From Phoronis australis (Eukaryota > Animalia > Phoronida), in NCBI GenBank assembly GCA_002633005.1, contig NMRA01000105.1, positions 536,010 to 600,009 of the forward strand: DNA of 64,000 bases. The letters are read 5' to 3'. A program made the translations under genes and the position numbers. How positions within the stretch are numbered: the first letter of the stretch is position 1; the number at the start of each line of letters is the position of its first letter. Of this stretch, positions 12,301 to 27,300 are shown one piece after another. Below the pieces are notes generated by a model. It made no database searches. It saw nothing but the letters and a program-made list of their open reading frames with translations, and was not told the origin of the DNA.

Positions 12301-15300
12301 ACCTTTCACTCGCTTGGTTTTGTGAGATCTTGCGAGATCAAGATATTTGGTTTATGGAACACTCTCCTGGCTTTGATGATGATTGTAAATTAATATTCTT
12401 TCAATTTATAGCTGCAACATCATGTTTTTTGACATTTCTTACCATTTGCTAGTCAAAAAGTATACCTCATGTGACTCATGTATGATCAATATAGTCTTCA
12501 AATGCCATGTTATGAAATGATGTTCTCAAGAATAAGTTGTTTTGGTGTTTTCTTGCAGATGGTCGCCTGCTGAAGTTCTCAGCTCACAAAAAAGTGAAAC
12601 TTGGAGAAGACTTCACGCCGTACCTGGAGAGCCCCCTGTCTTTACCGTATGATACTAGATCCTTCTCTCGTGTGGTTTATGCCACCAAGTCAGGAGTTGT
12701 GTTGATGGTTGATTTGCCTGGTAGTAGCACTACTGAGCAGCGCAAGGAGTTTAGTAGCCCAAGTGAAAAAAATTTGAATGACTTCACATTTCATGAAAGC
12801 TGGAAAGAGCGAGTTTTGATTAGTCCTTATTGGTCAACAAGCGAGCTTAGTAGCGATGCTGACAGCGGCTTGTTCTACAACACATTTGAAATTACTAATG
12901 CAAGCTCAGGAGAGACAACTACTGCCTTGCAGTTTGCTTCTGCAGTTGTTAATGCATATGATTCCTCATTGCAATTCAAGGCTCAGTACGCTGCTGTGTT
13001 CACATGGAACAAGATGAAAGATCCGGAGAATCAGAACAGCGTGACTTTCCAGTGCATCCTCACATCTGACTACAACAACACTTATGCAGCATTTATTTAC
13101 GAGGACCGCGCTATGAACTGGAAGAAGACTTTGTCGCCCGGGCAGAACTTTCGAGCACGGGTTGGTATTAAGACACCAAGGACATCTAAGGAGTATGAGA
13201 ATTCTTATCTTCAGCATGGCAAGGACCAAACGTTGATTTCTCGCATGGACCAGCAGACTCAGCATAAGAATGGTCAACAAGGACGATTTGTCTACAGCTT
13301 GACGACTGGCCACGATGCTTCATTTGTTCACGCAGGTCTCGCCTGTAGAACGTGGATTACCGATGATAAAAACAGCACATTCTCGACAGAGAAAGCAAAT
13401 TTGGCACCAAGTGGAAGGGAGATGGTGGATGAGTCTTTCTGGGTCGACATTACCAAAACAGGAAGTCCAGTAGATGGCGTGAGATGCTTTGAGAGTATGG
13501 ATTCATTCTTTATTGATGGGGAGGAGCAGCCAAAGCTGCGAGCATGTTACAGGGATGGTGCTTTACTGACCGAGGGTGAGCCAGCAGATTTCCTCAACAC
13601 CCTTAAGCGATACAGTGGCGACAAGAACAACCTTGACCATGAGGCTGCAAGGCACTGCTGCCGTCAAGCCAACATCGATTCTTTTGCTAGTAGCTACGAT
13701 CTGTGTGAAGATTATCTCACGCGACGTCCCATTGTCACAAGCGCCAAGTTTATCAACCGAAAACCAGGTACACCATATCTGTCTGTCTGGAATACTGTGG
13801 TGTTTTAAGGGAATGTCTGACTTTCAGTCACATGCAGTGTTTTAGTTACGGTTGAGAATCAAATGGGCTGGGTCCCTTGGACACAGCCATTATAGGGATT
13901 AATTCAGATTGTACTTATCGTTCTGTAATCTGGCAATCCAATTACATAACTGATAGTTCTTGATAGGCATGATGATTCCGTTGTTTCTTAATATCTAGCC
14001 TTCTAATTTTGTTCAGTAATTGTATTTCAACACACAAACCAGAAATGAATCATGGTTGCAGTGTAGTGAACTTGTTTGTCTGGCATGAGAACTAAAGTTG
14101 AGATTTTTGTATGTGGATCTAAGTTTCATTAGTACTGACTCTGCTGATTTCAGCCTCAGGTATTGGCGATCCTCACTTCCTGACCTTTGATGGCAAAATG
14201 TTCACGTTCAACGGACGTGGAGAGTATATTCTGGCAAAGGTGGATGGAGAGTTTGAAGTTCAAGCACGTGCCACACCAGTCATGAAGAATGGCAAGGCAC
14301 AAGACGCGACCATCTTGACGTCTGTTGCTGCCAAGCAAATGAGTCCTTTGAGCGATGTCGTAGAGTTCAGACTGAACAGTTCTGGAAGTGGAATTGGTCA
14401 GTTCATTTCATTGCTTGTGGTGATCATTGCTATCTACCAAAAACAAGCGACGTGTAGTGTGCCCCCTTTTGGCAATTGTTTTTTGTTTGAAAAATTAAAA
14501 AATTTGAGTTTCTTCATTTGAGTTGGTTTAAAAATGTTGTACCAGAGAGATCATTGCCACCAATCTCTATATTGCATCATTCCGTGCTGAAAATAGTTTT
14601 TGCATTTTCTCTAATTTGATGACTGTTACTGTCATTGGTCACTAGAGCATGGTCAGGGATTTTGTAGGTATACTGAGTGCTGTTTAGTGGTAATTTTGAT
14701 TGTTATTGTGAGACATCTTGTTTCCCAGAGTTGCATGCGCGGGATCTTTTGATATAATTTTGCAGCGCTCACAAAAATGTGAAATCATGTAAGTTAACAC
14801 AGTCTTGCCTCTTGTTTTTTCTATGAGCTCATGAGTGTTATTTTGACTTAATGATCCACTTCATTCTTTTGTAATATGAGTGATCATCAACGTCACATGT
14901 CTTTTAATAACTAGGTGATATAGAGTGACCGTGCGACTCCAGTCTGTATGCATACACTTCATGTTTGGTTTATTTGTCTTTGAAGTTAAGAATTTTTGAC
15001 CTGCAGAAGCAGCTCTCAATATACAATATCACAACATTTTACTTTTGGGTTGAATGACACTTCTATCTTTTATACTGGTCCAAGTGCATCTTTGTCCTCT
15101 AATGGCAGTTTTATGGTTATCTTATTTATTTAATTTTTAAATGTTTTTGCTCTTAAGTGCGGACAATCATTTTATATTCACTAAATGTAGATTTAGAATG
15201 CATGACGTAGGAGGCAATAAAAAGATGACAATTTTATGAGAGTGCTGTCATTATCAAGTATCTGTACCCCCCTTACAGATGTGTACATCAACAAGACTAT

Positions 15301-18300
15301 ACAAGATGGAGGTGGGGACAAGATACTTTCCCAGCACCAATCTCACAACGGTGTTCGCTTGATGACTGTTACTAGGGACTCGGAGACATTTTATACCATG
15401 GCCTTTTTAACTGGTGTAAGCGTGCAGGTAAAAGTGGAGTTTAATCTCTTACGTGTCGTTGTCATCGCTCCTGGAGAGTGGAAGGGCAAACCTGTGGGAT
15501 TGATGGGCAACTCGGACGACAACCTTGACAATGACTTTGCTTATCCCAACGGTACCCAGCTGGAGACGGGAATCGACTCAACTGAAGAAGAAATCTTCTT
15601 CTGGGGACAAGAATGTGAGTTGTTTTACGATTACTGCAACTAGTATTGTTAGTAGAACATATACCCAAGATCTGCTCCGTCAGTGTTGTGATAGAACATA
15701 ACCAAGATCTGCTCCATCGGTATTGTTGTAGAACATAGCCAAGATCTGCTCCATCTTTGTTGTGGTAGAACACAGCCGAGATCTACTCTTTCAGTGTTGT
15801 GGTAACATAGCCAAGATCTGCTCCATCTTTGTTGTGGTAGAACACAGCCGAGATCTACTCTTTCAGTGTTGTGGTAGAACATAGCCAAGATCTGCTCCGT
15901 CAGTGTTGTGGTAGAACATAGCCAAGATATGCTCCATCAGTGTTGTGGTAGAACATAGCCAAGATCTGCTCCGTCAGTGTTGTGGTAGAACATAGCCAAA
16001 ATCTGCTCCTTCAACATTGTGCTAAAACTTAGCCAATATATGCTTCACCAGTATTAGGACAGCCACGATCTTCCCAATGAGATATTGTCAGAATTACCTT
16101 CATAGTAAAAACTTGTCTTGCTTTTGGATCCACAGAAACATGTGGCAGTATGGTGTTGGCCTTCGGCTACTCCTGTTCATGAACATCAGTGGTCCAGGCT
16201 TGGTGGCCTGTCACCACTCTTAGGCAAGGTCAACTAATCGATTTTCTGGAACTGGCCATATCTGATGTTTATAAAGACATCTCTTAGTTATGTGACTTTC
16301 CTAATAAACCATCAGAAATGACCAAACTTTTGGTATGCAATTTCAGTTGTTCATTGTGAGTGAAACTAGCCTGGGGTCCGTTTCATGAAAACTGGATCAA
16401 GACTTAAGTCAGAAATTTATTTTTGCCCTCCATTCAATTGTTTCTGAAAAGTAGTTAAATCTCACTTGAGAAAAAGTGCAATCTCTGAGAATATACGCAT
16501 AATTACTAGTTTCTGTGACAATCTCAATGCCATTTCTGGACTGCGATGTGCTCATTTTGTGAAGGGAGAAGGTATAATCAAGTTCCTGTCTTAATTCTTT
16601 AATTTTTCATGAAACACACCAGAGATATTTTAAGTCTTACCCTGTTAACAAGAAGAGCTGAGACAGTCCATCAGAATGTTTCTTGTGTCCTTGCTCAGGA
16701 CTTCTGTTTCTCATTTCCAGGGAGAATCAACAATGACACCTCGCTGTTCTATTACGACCGTGCTAACAACGAGAGTTGGGCTTTCTTCGATGAACCCAAC
16801 AATATACCGGTGTTCTTTAACTCGGATCTCACCATCATGTTCCCAGACAGTGTTGAACGGGCTGCTGCAGAGGAAGCTTGCTACGGCCAATCATCAGACC
16901 CCAACCCAGCTGCTCGTAGGCAATGCTATTTTGACTTCAAGGTTACGGGTAGTGCAGAGATTGCAAAAGGAACCCAGGCAGCGAAAATAGATGTTGAAGC
17001 CAAACGAAAAGCCCTGAGTAAGTTTTGTGCGCTTTATCTTCTCAAGGAGAGAAATATTATCATCAGTGTAAACCAAGTTACTGGCTTCATGAGCAGTAGT
17101 TATTTTAACTAAAGCTGTATTGTAGTTTTTTTCCTGTTGTGGTCATTCTTTTGTGTGTCATCAGTCCTACACAACGCTGTGCTAAACATTTTAATTCCTA
17201 CAGCACAAGGACAATTAGTCTTATTTCATTTTTTTCAGATTTTGCCGGCAGAAAGGTGCATTCTTTTTCATTTTGTTAAAAGGTTATATTTAATTTAAGC
17301 AAGATAGGAGAGTCGTGTGAAATGATCATCTTTAGATTTAAGTTTCACGAGTGGATCTTGATTATATGAAGACTTTCAAAAAAATTTCACTCTGCTACGC
17401 TTCACTGGTTTTGCAGGGGTGCTGAGTAGAGTTGCATTTGCACCAAATCCTCTGCTGTGGAGGCATATTTTGCTGTTCATGACTTTTCCAAATATTCCAC
17501 TGGCACACCTCCATTCGATACAAGATTAACTATGTACAGTTATCAGTGCTAAAATGAACTTATTGGTCCTAAACTTATATTGAGAAGGAGCTTTGGTATG
17601 AGTAAATTGTTTTGTAACCCAATTATTGACATTGTTGTTTACAGCCAACTACCCCCCAATTGTCAAAGGGAATGCAACTCTACAAGTCATAGTAGGTCAT
17701 AGTTACTCAGACCTGCATACCCTTGATGCTACTGATCAAAACGGTGACGCCATCTATTTCCTGTTGAATGAAAATGCGCCGTCTGGCCTCTCAGTCGCTA
17801 ATGACACCAAGAAACTGTCGTGGACTAGTGTTAAGTATGTTGCCAATGCCACAGTACAGATTACAGCCACCGATCTGTCTGCCTCATCGCTGTGGGTTCC
17901 AAAAGTGGAGCTGTGTAACTGCCAGGTTAGTCTATTTGCTGTGAGTGTCTGTTACATGATAATCACAACCCCGTCAACAACAGCAGCAGCAACAGCAGCA
18001 GTAGCAGCAGCAGCAACAACAGCAGCAGCAAAAGCAGCAGAATTATGCAGCAGCAGGAGCAGCAGCAGCAGCAGAAGTATCATTTTGAGGTAGCAATATC
18101 ACCAGTATTGACAGCATTAGTGGTAGCAGCAGCAACAACACCAGTAGTCGAAGTATCAGCAACAACAGCAGCATCAGTAACAGTGCAGTAGTAACGTCAG
18201 CAACAACTGCAGCAGTGCAACAGCAACAGTATTGTCAGCAGCACGAGTTGGCAGCAGTGTCAGCAGCAGCAGCAGTAGCAGCATCAGCAGTACCAGCCAT

Positions 18301-21300
18301 ATCAGCTATAGTCATTTCTTAATTGTTAGTTATCTCGCTAATGATTTACTAAATAGCTCAAAGTTACGATTGCTGATCCTAAATTGTTACTGTGTGATTT
18401 TAACTTGCGTCACTATCATTTTTTTATTCTTCCAGAATGGTGGTGTCTGTCAATTCGGGACCAACGGCTTGGCAAACTTCGTCATCGTCCCCTGTCAGTG
18501 TCAGCCCGGTTATGCTGGAGACCTCTGTGATACGGACATTGATGGCTGTGCAGACAATCCCTGCCACACTACATGTACTGACGTGCCAGCCAAAACATTC
18601 GCTGTCTCCAACGTCACATTTCAGTGCGATCCATGCCCTGTGGGCTTAGTTGGAAACGGTCAAGTTTGCTACGACTATAATGAGTGTCTGAAGGACTTCC
18701 CATGTGAGTTAAAATTTTCATTTTTAAAAACTGTCATGATCTTTTTTTAGATTTACGCTCATATTCCCAGACGAGCAATAATCATAGCTAGAGACAATTT
18801 AACATTGTTTTTAGACTCAGGTTTGATTTGCTCCCACAAAGAACAATGTCTTCTGAATAGAACAGCGACTTGACGTCTGGCGAATTTTCAATGATATAAA
18901 TACCTTTAGTGTTGTGGGTATCGTGTAGGCCAGCTCCATAAATTCATTCAGATAAAATTTATTTAAAGTACAACAAGGAAGTTCCTATTTTTACATGGGC
19001 ATACGGTACATCAAGTTGACTTGTTGATTGTTTTCATGACGGCCACAAACTTGTGAGGACCATATTGAAATCAAGCATTCAGGTTTATGTGGCATATATT
19101 CATGCTTTCCCTTTGGTCTGTGCGGCAGCTGCACCATTGAGAATCATCGTTTGGGTTCCATGTTCTGTCAGTGGTGAAACCCTTTGGTTTTTCTTAATAT
19201 GGGTTGTCACCATTTTTATTGTGCTATTTTTAATATTTTTGCGGATTATTTATCGAAAAATCTATACTGTGGATTTCCAGGTGAACAGAAATGTGAAAAT
19301 CTGCCAGGAAGCTACGTCTGCTCATGCAGCGCTGGATACAACATGGCAGCCAACCTTAAGAACTGCACGGACGAAGATGAATGTGCGCGTGGCACAGACA
19401 ACTGTGACGCTAAGGCCACCTGTAGGAACACCGTGGGAAGCTTCACGTGTTCCTGCATTTCAGGCTACAGTGGTTCAGGTATTTTTCAGCTCACATTTTG
19501 CATGTTTCGCCAGGTGATGCACGACTGTGTTATGGTTCACGATGTATGTACACCTCAACCCATGGTTAGCATTTTCTTGTGTATGTCTGAATGCAAGGAG
19601 AAATCTGCACCAACTTAACATCCTACAATTTATACTCACTAACTCTGAATAATAGGAATCTGAATTATATGTTAACCACCGTTGTTTTATGTGTTGACCG
19701 ACTGCTGTGGCACTGTCTTGTCGCATTTTTTATGCTTGTGGCTCAATAACTGTTCCTTGATGGATCTCCATGATGATGTTTGACATATGTTTCTATTGAG
19801 GAGAGTGCAACAGATGCAGAATTTGTGACAAATCTGCATATAGTCTCCATGTGGCAGTTTGTTTTTCTTTGTGTTTGCCCACCACCCGTATTTCATGGAA
19901 TTTGGCAAATAAGTTCACTATCTCATAGACAACAACACCGGCCCTGCTTCAGTTAGATTCGACATTCATTGGGTCCCCTATTGGCCTTTGTTATCTTCCT
20001 CCCTATCTGAATTTCTTAAAGAATCATGCTGAAAGGTGGCATATGTGTTCCTATTGAGGAGAGCGCCTCTGTCCTTTTTGCACCCCCGAGAGGCTATCAA
20101 TAATTTTTACTAACATTACTTCATTTAATAGGAATGTTTAAAATAATGACCAGCCCTTTTTATCTGTCCTGCGTGCGATGCACAAAGTGCAAACATACCA
20201 GTGCTGCATTATCATGCTCTTGGAATATTTAGTTAGCTTGAAATTTTATGTAATGTAACAGTCGTAATCTTTTATAACCAATGAATGGTGAAAAGTTAAT
20301 AAATAGGAAAGCCTGTTACGGGATATCCCCGAGGTGTACCCCTAGTCCCTCATATGGACCTTACCGTGGGCAGCTTTGGGATATGTTGTGAACATGCCAT
20401 TTATCATAAACGATTACTTTATCATAACAGGGTTTGTTATCCTCAATCTTTCTACATGCATATAATTGGGTAATAAGCCATGCTGGAAACCAGTTTCCAA
20501 TGAATTATAGCTCAAGGCTTGGTTTTGTTGACAAAATCGATATACCTCAATTGTAGAAATTTAAGAACCCGCATAGCCCAATTTTTACCCCTCGATTCAG
20601 ATTTTATAGTTTCCATCTGTTTCTCGTCCCAAAAAGAAAAGGGAAAAATACAGCCTGGTTGCTTTCAAACCTTTTATTTAAGACATCTGATAAGAAATGA
20701 TAATTACTCTCACTATGTAACCTAGTCTGAATAGAGTCACTCTATTGATAAGCCCCCTTAGTGAGAATGGAATGTGGATAGAACTGGTCAGGCTGACCAC
20801 ATGACATTGGAGAAATTTAAAAGATTTCTTCCAATCATTCCTTATCTCATTTAATTGTGAAGTTTACAGCATGCCTGACTGTATTTCTTGTGTGTCAGGT
20901 TATGAAGGCACCTGTCAGGATGTTGACGAGTGTTCGGCTAACACAGCTCCGTGTCCCAATAACTCTTTCTGTCAGAACAATGAGGGCAGCTATGACTGTG
21001 TCTGTATTCCTGGCTTCAAATGGAATGCACAGACTTCCATGTGTGATGCAATCGACGAATGTCTGTTGGGGAACAACTGTGCACAGGTAACAGACTGCAT
21101 TATGGCTTAATTTGGTTCATGGTGGGGAAACTTGGGTTATCACAGTACAGAAGGCATATATGAGACAGTGACCAGTTGCCTGCCAGTATCACCACCCCTG
21201 TACTGGCTTTTGTGTGCTGCAGTGCTGACATTATAAAATGGTACAATTGTCAGGTTGCAAACATACGATGACACCATAACCAACTAGTCAGGTTACGTAT

Positions 21301-24300
21301 AATCTGACTAAAAATTTGCATGTCTGTTGGTGAGATTTATTGTGATCAGATGGCATGCGCTTTGGGAATATTTTGTGCAAAAGATTTGCTATCTTCATCA
21401 ATAAATTTTGAGGCTCTCTTTTGGTCTTTTCATATTTTTGTGGTGGTTGCTTAGTCGTTTTCGCACCACAAAGCACATTATATTTTTCCAAACTTTCAGT
21501 TCTGGTGCTGCCCTCTAGTGACGAGTGATTTTGTGCCAAAAGTTTTGATTGGCCCTTTAGTCCTTGATTTTGACTTGTTACTTTACAAATTCATACTTAC
21601 CATAAGATAATGGTCATAAAAATTGATTTATGGTTGGATACAGATTTTCAGAAAACAAATTAAACAACATTGTTTAGAAAAATCCCAGAAGAAGCCTCTG
21701 CCAAAAATGGCCTACGCTTTTTAGTATTCAAACATTTTAATTAAACGTGTTGGCTTCTATGTTCTGTTTTACTATTGGTCTTTTTATGATGCTCTGTTTT
21801 ACTATTGGTCAGTTTTACGATGTTCTGTTTTACTATTGGTAAGTTTTACGATGTTGTGTTTTACTATTGGTCAGTTTTATGATGTTCTGTTTTACTAGTG
21901 GTCAGTTTCATGATATTCTGTTTTACTATTGGTCAGTTTTACGATGTTGTGTTTTACTATTGGTCAGTTTTATGATGTTCTGTTTTAGTATTGGTCTATT
22001 TTATGATGTTCTTTTTCACTATTGGTCAATTTTATGATTGGCAGGAGTGTAATGATGAAGTGGGCAAGTACTCGTGCTCATGTAAGGCAGGGTTCAAGCT
22101 TGCAGCAGACCTGCGGAATTGTGAGCCGGCCAGTCAATGCAGTGCAGAGCAACGAGCTGCGTGTGACGGAGGAAACAACCGCTCGGTCTGCGCCAACGAT
22201 GAAACCAACCAGGGTTTCTTATGCCAGTGCCCCAAGGGTTATGCTTTAAACTCGGAAAAACAATGCATTGGTAATTATAATGGCTTATGTGTTGTAATCA
22301 ACAAAATTAAGTCTCTTGTACTTGACTGCGTATGTTTCTATGGCAAGATTTGTTATGATGAACAGAATCCTATGTTGTCACCCTTACCGGCCGAGATTGA
22401 GGAACTCGAACGGTTTGCGTTCCTGGAAACCTGTCGCATTGGTCAAAGGCACCATGCTGTTGTACTTAATTATATCACCTCAGGCTGCTGATGTTATCGT
22501 TCACTAGATAATCAGCCCATCATAAACACTCAGGGGACAACAATAGTATTTTTGAATTTTCGAATTGAAAGCATTTAAATAGCACATGAATTTTGAATAC
22601 TTCGTGAAAAGTACACATGATTAGGTTTTTGAATTTTGAAAATCAGACAAGAACTGTGACTTACACAACCAAAAATTTTTGTACAATGTTGCCATATTAT
22701 GCTTCTCATTACTTATGCTGTTTATGCAACATTATCGGGCCAATTACCAAACCAAATATTTACACTCGACTCAACTTATTCCTTACAGAAGATTACAGCT
22801 AACCTTCTGGAGAATTTCTCCACAAGAGATTTACCATTTACTTTCTGCTCTTATCTATGTGGAATTCAGTTAATGTGACGGAAGTGTTTAAATTCTGTCT
22901 CCTCCTCAGAGAAGCTCCTGGAACCTGTTGTAGTTGATGCCAGCATCTGTGTGTTGTAGATATTGACGAGTGCTCAGCAGGTACTGCCCTCTGTAGGGCA
23001 TCGTCTAGCGAGTGCAAAAACAACGAAGGTAGCTACACTTGTGAGTGTAGGGCAGGATACAATCAGAGCTCAGATGGAAAGACATGTGAAGGTAATATTG
23101 ACAAACTGTCATAACCCTGGGTTTAATGATGTTTTTTGAAGTTGAGTCTGATTGATTGATTGATTGGTTGATTGATTTATTGTGTGTTATTAATGCATTT
23201 CATATTTTGTGTTTAGGTACACTGTTATTGTAAGGCCTATCCAGAGCTCTCAGCCATATTGATTGAATTGCCCTGGCTAAGCAATCCTAAATTAATAGAT
23301 TTCCTAAATTGACTTTCTTACTTTAATGCTTTACATTGTTGAGTATAGTAGCCTACTTTTATTCCACTTTGTTTCTTGGAATGCATTATGTTTTGCCGGT
23401 ATCCATGTGGTTTCCATATGTTCCTTGATTCTTTTTACAGAAAAATTTTAGACTTCAATTATGTCTACTCTCAGTTTCTTTGAACATTTGTGCAATATGT
23501 TCTTTTCTGAAACCGGATAAGTTGACCTTACAGATGATACAAAACGCCATGTACACAAAAGTTCAGTTTATCCTCAGATAAAAGTAAACAGGCTCTCCCC
23601 AGTATCAGCTGTCACCTTACTGAGCAGATGATCGCCTTCCCGACACTTCAGAAGCTCTGGAGTGAATGACTCCAATGCCACAGATTTATGCTCTAGGAGG
23701 TGCACACATAGGTCAATAATGATTAAGGTCGATTTGTAATTTGCAGACGTGGATGAATGTGCCAAAGCAGGTGGCACCAAGTGTGAGCAGACGTGTTCCA
23801 ATACAGTCGGCAGTTACATCTGCTCTTGTCAAAAGGGATACAGTCTCAACAGTGATGGCAAGACGTGCAACAGTAGGTGTCCTCAGCCATATTATTTAAA
23901 GCTGCATCTTGCCACGTTGAGCTGGCTAAAACGAATATGACTGTGACTTGAGTTGGTTATGGTAGTAAAAGGCATAATTTGATAAATGTGTTTTAGACAG
24001 CTAAACGGCAAAATGCAACTTTAATTTGTTAACCCTATTAAAGTTTAAAAATTTTCAAACATTTTGGCATTATGTATTTTAAATTACAAAGACATAAATG
24101 TCCCCCATTTACCCATTTACGAGCACTATAATTGATCACTGATACCTTCACAAAGATTAGGTTTCATGTTGAAATATGGGGAGCTGACAAGTGTAAGTAA
24201 ACAAAATAGTGTAAAGTTGCAGTTCTTGAAAACAGTGTGCTCTAGCTTTCGTCAATTCCAGATATTAACGAGTGTGCCAAAAGTGTTCTAAACAACTGCG

Positions 24301-27300
24301 ACAAGACCAACGGCGTATGCACGGACACTGCAGGTGGCTACACCTGCTCGTGTAAGACTGGTTATGCCCTCTCTGGGGATCTGTGTATTGACCTGAACGA
24401 ATGTGCTCAGCCTGACCGTGGGAACTGTTCTCAGGGATGTCGCAACCAGATCGGCACGTACATGTGTTATTGTGGAAATGGATACACACTAAACTCTGAT
24501 GGTAGAACATGTGATGGTACGTGTTGTGTGTAAACTTAACTTCGTTTTGGGCGTAGAGGCAGTAACTTGTCCGCATAGTGGCTTAGAACTTTACTGAAGG
24601 TTGTAATTCATGGGTGTCCACACACAGTAGACCTTTTGAAATTGACATGCAAGTTCACTGGAAGCAGTTCTTTATGAATCCTGTTCTTACCCATGCAACT
24701 AACCCAGTTGGGCTGTGTAACTATAAACACCCCTTAACGAAGGGTTTATGGTCCTGGGTGAGAAGTAAGTGTTTGATTACCCCCTATGGATAGCAGGATA
24801 GTGGAGCCCAGAATAGACTGCTACCTTCATCTTTTGTCTCAGTGCATTGCCTATTCATTTGAAAAGTATACAAAAATTAAGTTGCACCGTGAATATCATT
24901 GCACTTTATTGCATTTATTTTAGAGGATGTTGATTAAGATGTTACGCAACTGTCAAATTTTTTTGGAGCAGATGCATTTTGAAATTTTATGGAATTCAAC
25001 CAATTACACAGCTCGTCAATAAAAATTGATGGTGCAAAGTTTTGAATTATGTGTTGTTTTGTCATTTTTAGATGTCAATGAGTGCGTGAGTGATGTCTCC
25101 AATGATTGCTACTCCAAACTTTACTGCAGTAACACAGTGGGTAGTTACGTCTGCTCCTGCCCTTCAGGATTTGTGCTCAAGTCAGACGGAAAGACATGCG
25201 AGTCTATTGAGAAGTAAGTTTTATCTTTGAAATGCTTCCATTTACTTCCAATGTTCGTTGTCAGTTAAATCCATATTATGTAGTCAGGTAATCACCTAGG
25301 ACCTGTTTCTTAAAAAGTCTATTGGCTTTTGCTTTTGACTGAAGTCAAAAGTCAGATATCTGACTATGAATAGCCGGAAATCTTTTTTGTCTTTTGTGTT
25401 TCTCAAAATGGTTTGTCTTCTGTCTTGTTGAGCAGACTACGGATTTCTGTCTTTTGACTTCGATTTGTAGACAGATTTTCTGAAACTGGCTTAGCCATTC
25501 GTAGACTGATTTTTAGCCAAAAATCAAAAGTAGACTTAAAGCCAATAGACACTTTGAGAAACAGACGCGGGATTTTTGGTTATGCATTCATATTTAAATA
25601 AAAGTAAATACTATATTCGCCCTAATAACCACCCATGCCCCTATAAGCGCCCCCCATGCGTTTTCAGACTTTGCTAAAATAAGCGCCCAGCCCATGAACA
25701 CGTACATACAGATTTCAACCGCCTTGGGACACAATAAGTGCCCCCCTGAAACAAATTTTCCTAAGCGTCCGAGGTGGTTGGGCGAAAACGGTAGTATTAA
25801 ATAGTAAAATACTGCTCCCCATGAAATGATTTATAACATTCTTGTTGATGTATGGTTAATAATGTTCCTCTATTGCCAAGATGTGCCGCGGACAACACCT
25901 GCAGTTATACCTGTGCCCGAGTCAACGGTACGGACATTTGCCAGTGTCCTAGCGGTCAACAACTGGACGGTCCAGGCATCAACTGCACTGACATCAATGA
26001 ATGTGCAAGGTCTGACAACCACCTGTGTGACAGCACCTACAATGTGGTGTGTGAAAACTTGTCGCCTGGTTACAAGTGCGTCTGTTCAGACAGCCTGTAC
26101 TACACTCAGGTGGAGGGGAGGAAGTGTGTTGATAAGGACGAGTGCGCTTTTGGCACCTACACCTGCCCTAGCAACTCCCGATGTCAGAATAAGAGCCCTG
26201 GATACAGCTGCGAGTGTGACCCTGGTTATGTCGACGATGGAAGTGGGCAGTGTGTTGGTAGGTGTTTTTTATGTTAGTGCTGTCATGCATCGAGTACTTG
26301 TTTTGGCACTACTACTGCTGTTGATAGGGGGCGCTTGTGAGCTTCAGTCACTCAGTTATTTAGTGCAATTGGTGCTGTAGGTGTCTTATGCAACCTTTAT
26401 ATGAAAGTAATTGCAAGCGGTTGTGCCAAAGAGTTGTTAGTACCCTGGCGTAGTGTATGTAGTCAACCATTAACTGTTTAACTGGTGACGTGCATAAGAC
26501 ATTTTTGATCACTAAGAATCTGTAGTCAATGTTCCTTTCTGTTAAAAGATTATTTTGAAGTTTTTAAAATTTATGAAACATTCTGCGTACAACTTTTCAG
26601 TGTTATGGAAGGGCAAAGCATCTTTCGCTTAGCCCAATTCCTAATGCTGGTGTGCAAAATGGGCCAAGTTCACAGGGACGAAATATACTTTCTTAATTTG
26701 TGAACATTTTTAGGCTTAGCGTTGGACATTTTTGAGTGAATCATTTGAAATACGGTGGCCACAATTTATACTAAAGCCTGGGAAATCCCACTGCATTAAA
26801 TGCCCCAAGCAAGAATACAGAACGCTAACTGACTACCAACTACACTATCACCACCTAGTGGCAAAACATTACGTCACTGCTATATCAAAAATAGCTATAG
26901 TAATGTGTGCTCAAGGTTATTAGGGGCATATGCCAATCATAAATATGATTTCTCAACATTTCATTGGTTGTCACTTCAGATGTGGATGAGTGTTCCCTGG
27001 GTAAGGATAGCTGTGACGACATACTGGGCGTGTGTACCAACACCAACGGTTCATTCACTTGCGCCTGTAAGGCAGGATACAAGGGCAATGGGATCACATG
27101 TGAGGACGTTGATGAGTGCGTCGCAGGACTCCATGAATGTGATAAGGAAGCGGGTGTCTGCATCAATAATGCTGGTGGCTACAGCTGTAATTGTACAAAG
27201 GGATACACTATGGCGGCTAACAAGCGCATCTGTAATGGTATGTCTACAGCCCAATGCTTTGCTAAATATATTTTCTCTTTGTTCACATAAACTGATAGAT

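Noticed and set aside
15652-16030. 37-bp repeats of CRISPR-like length
   Set aside because: Head-to-tail with no unique spacers, in a eukaryotic intron, no cas genes: a minisatellite.
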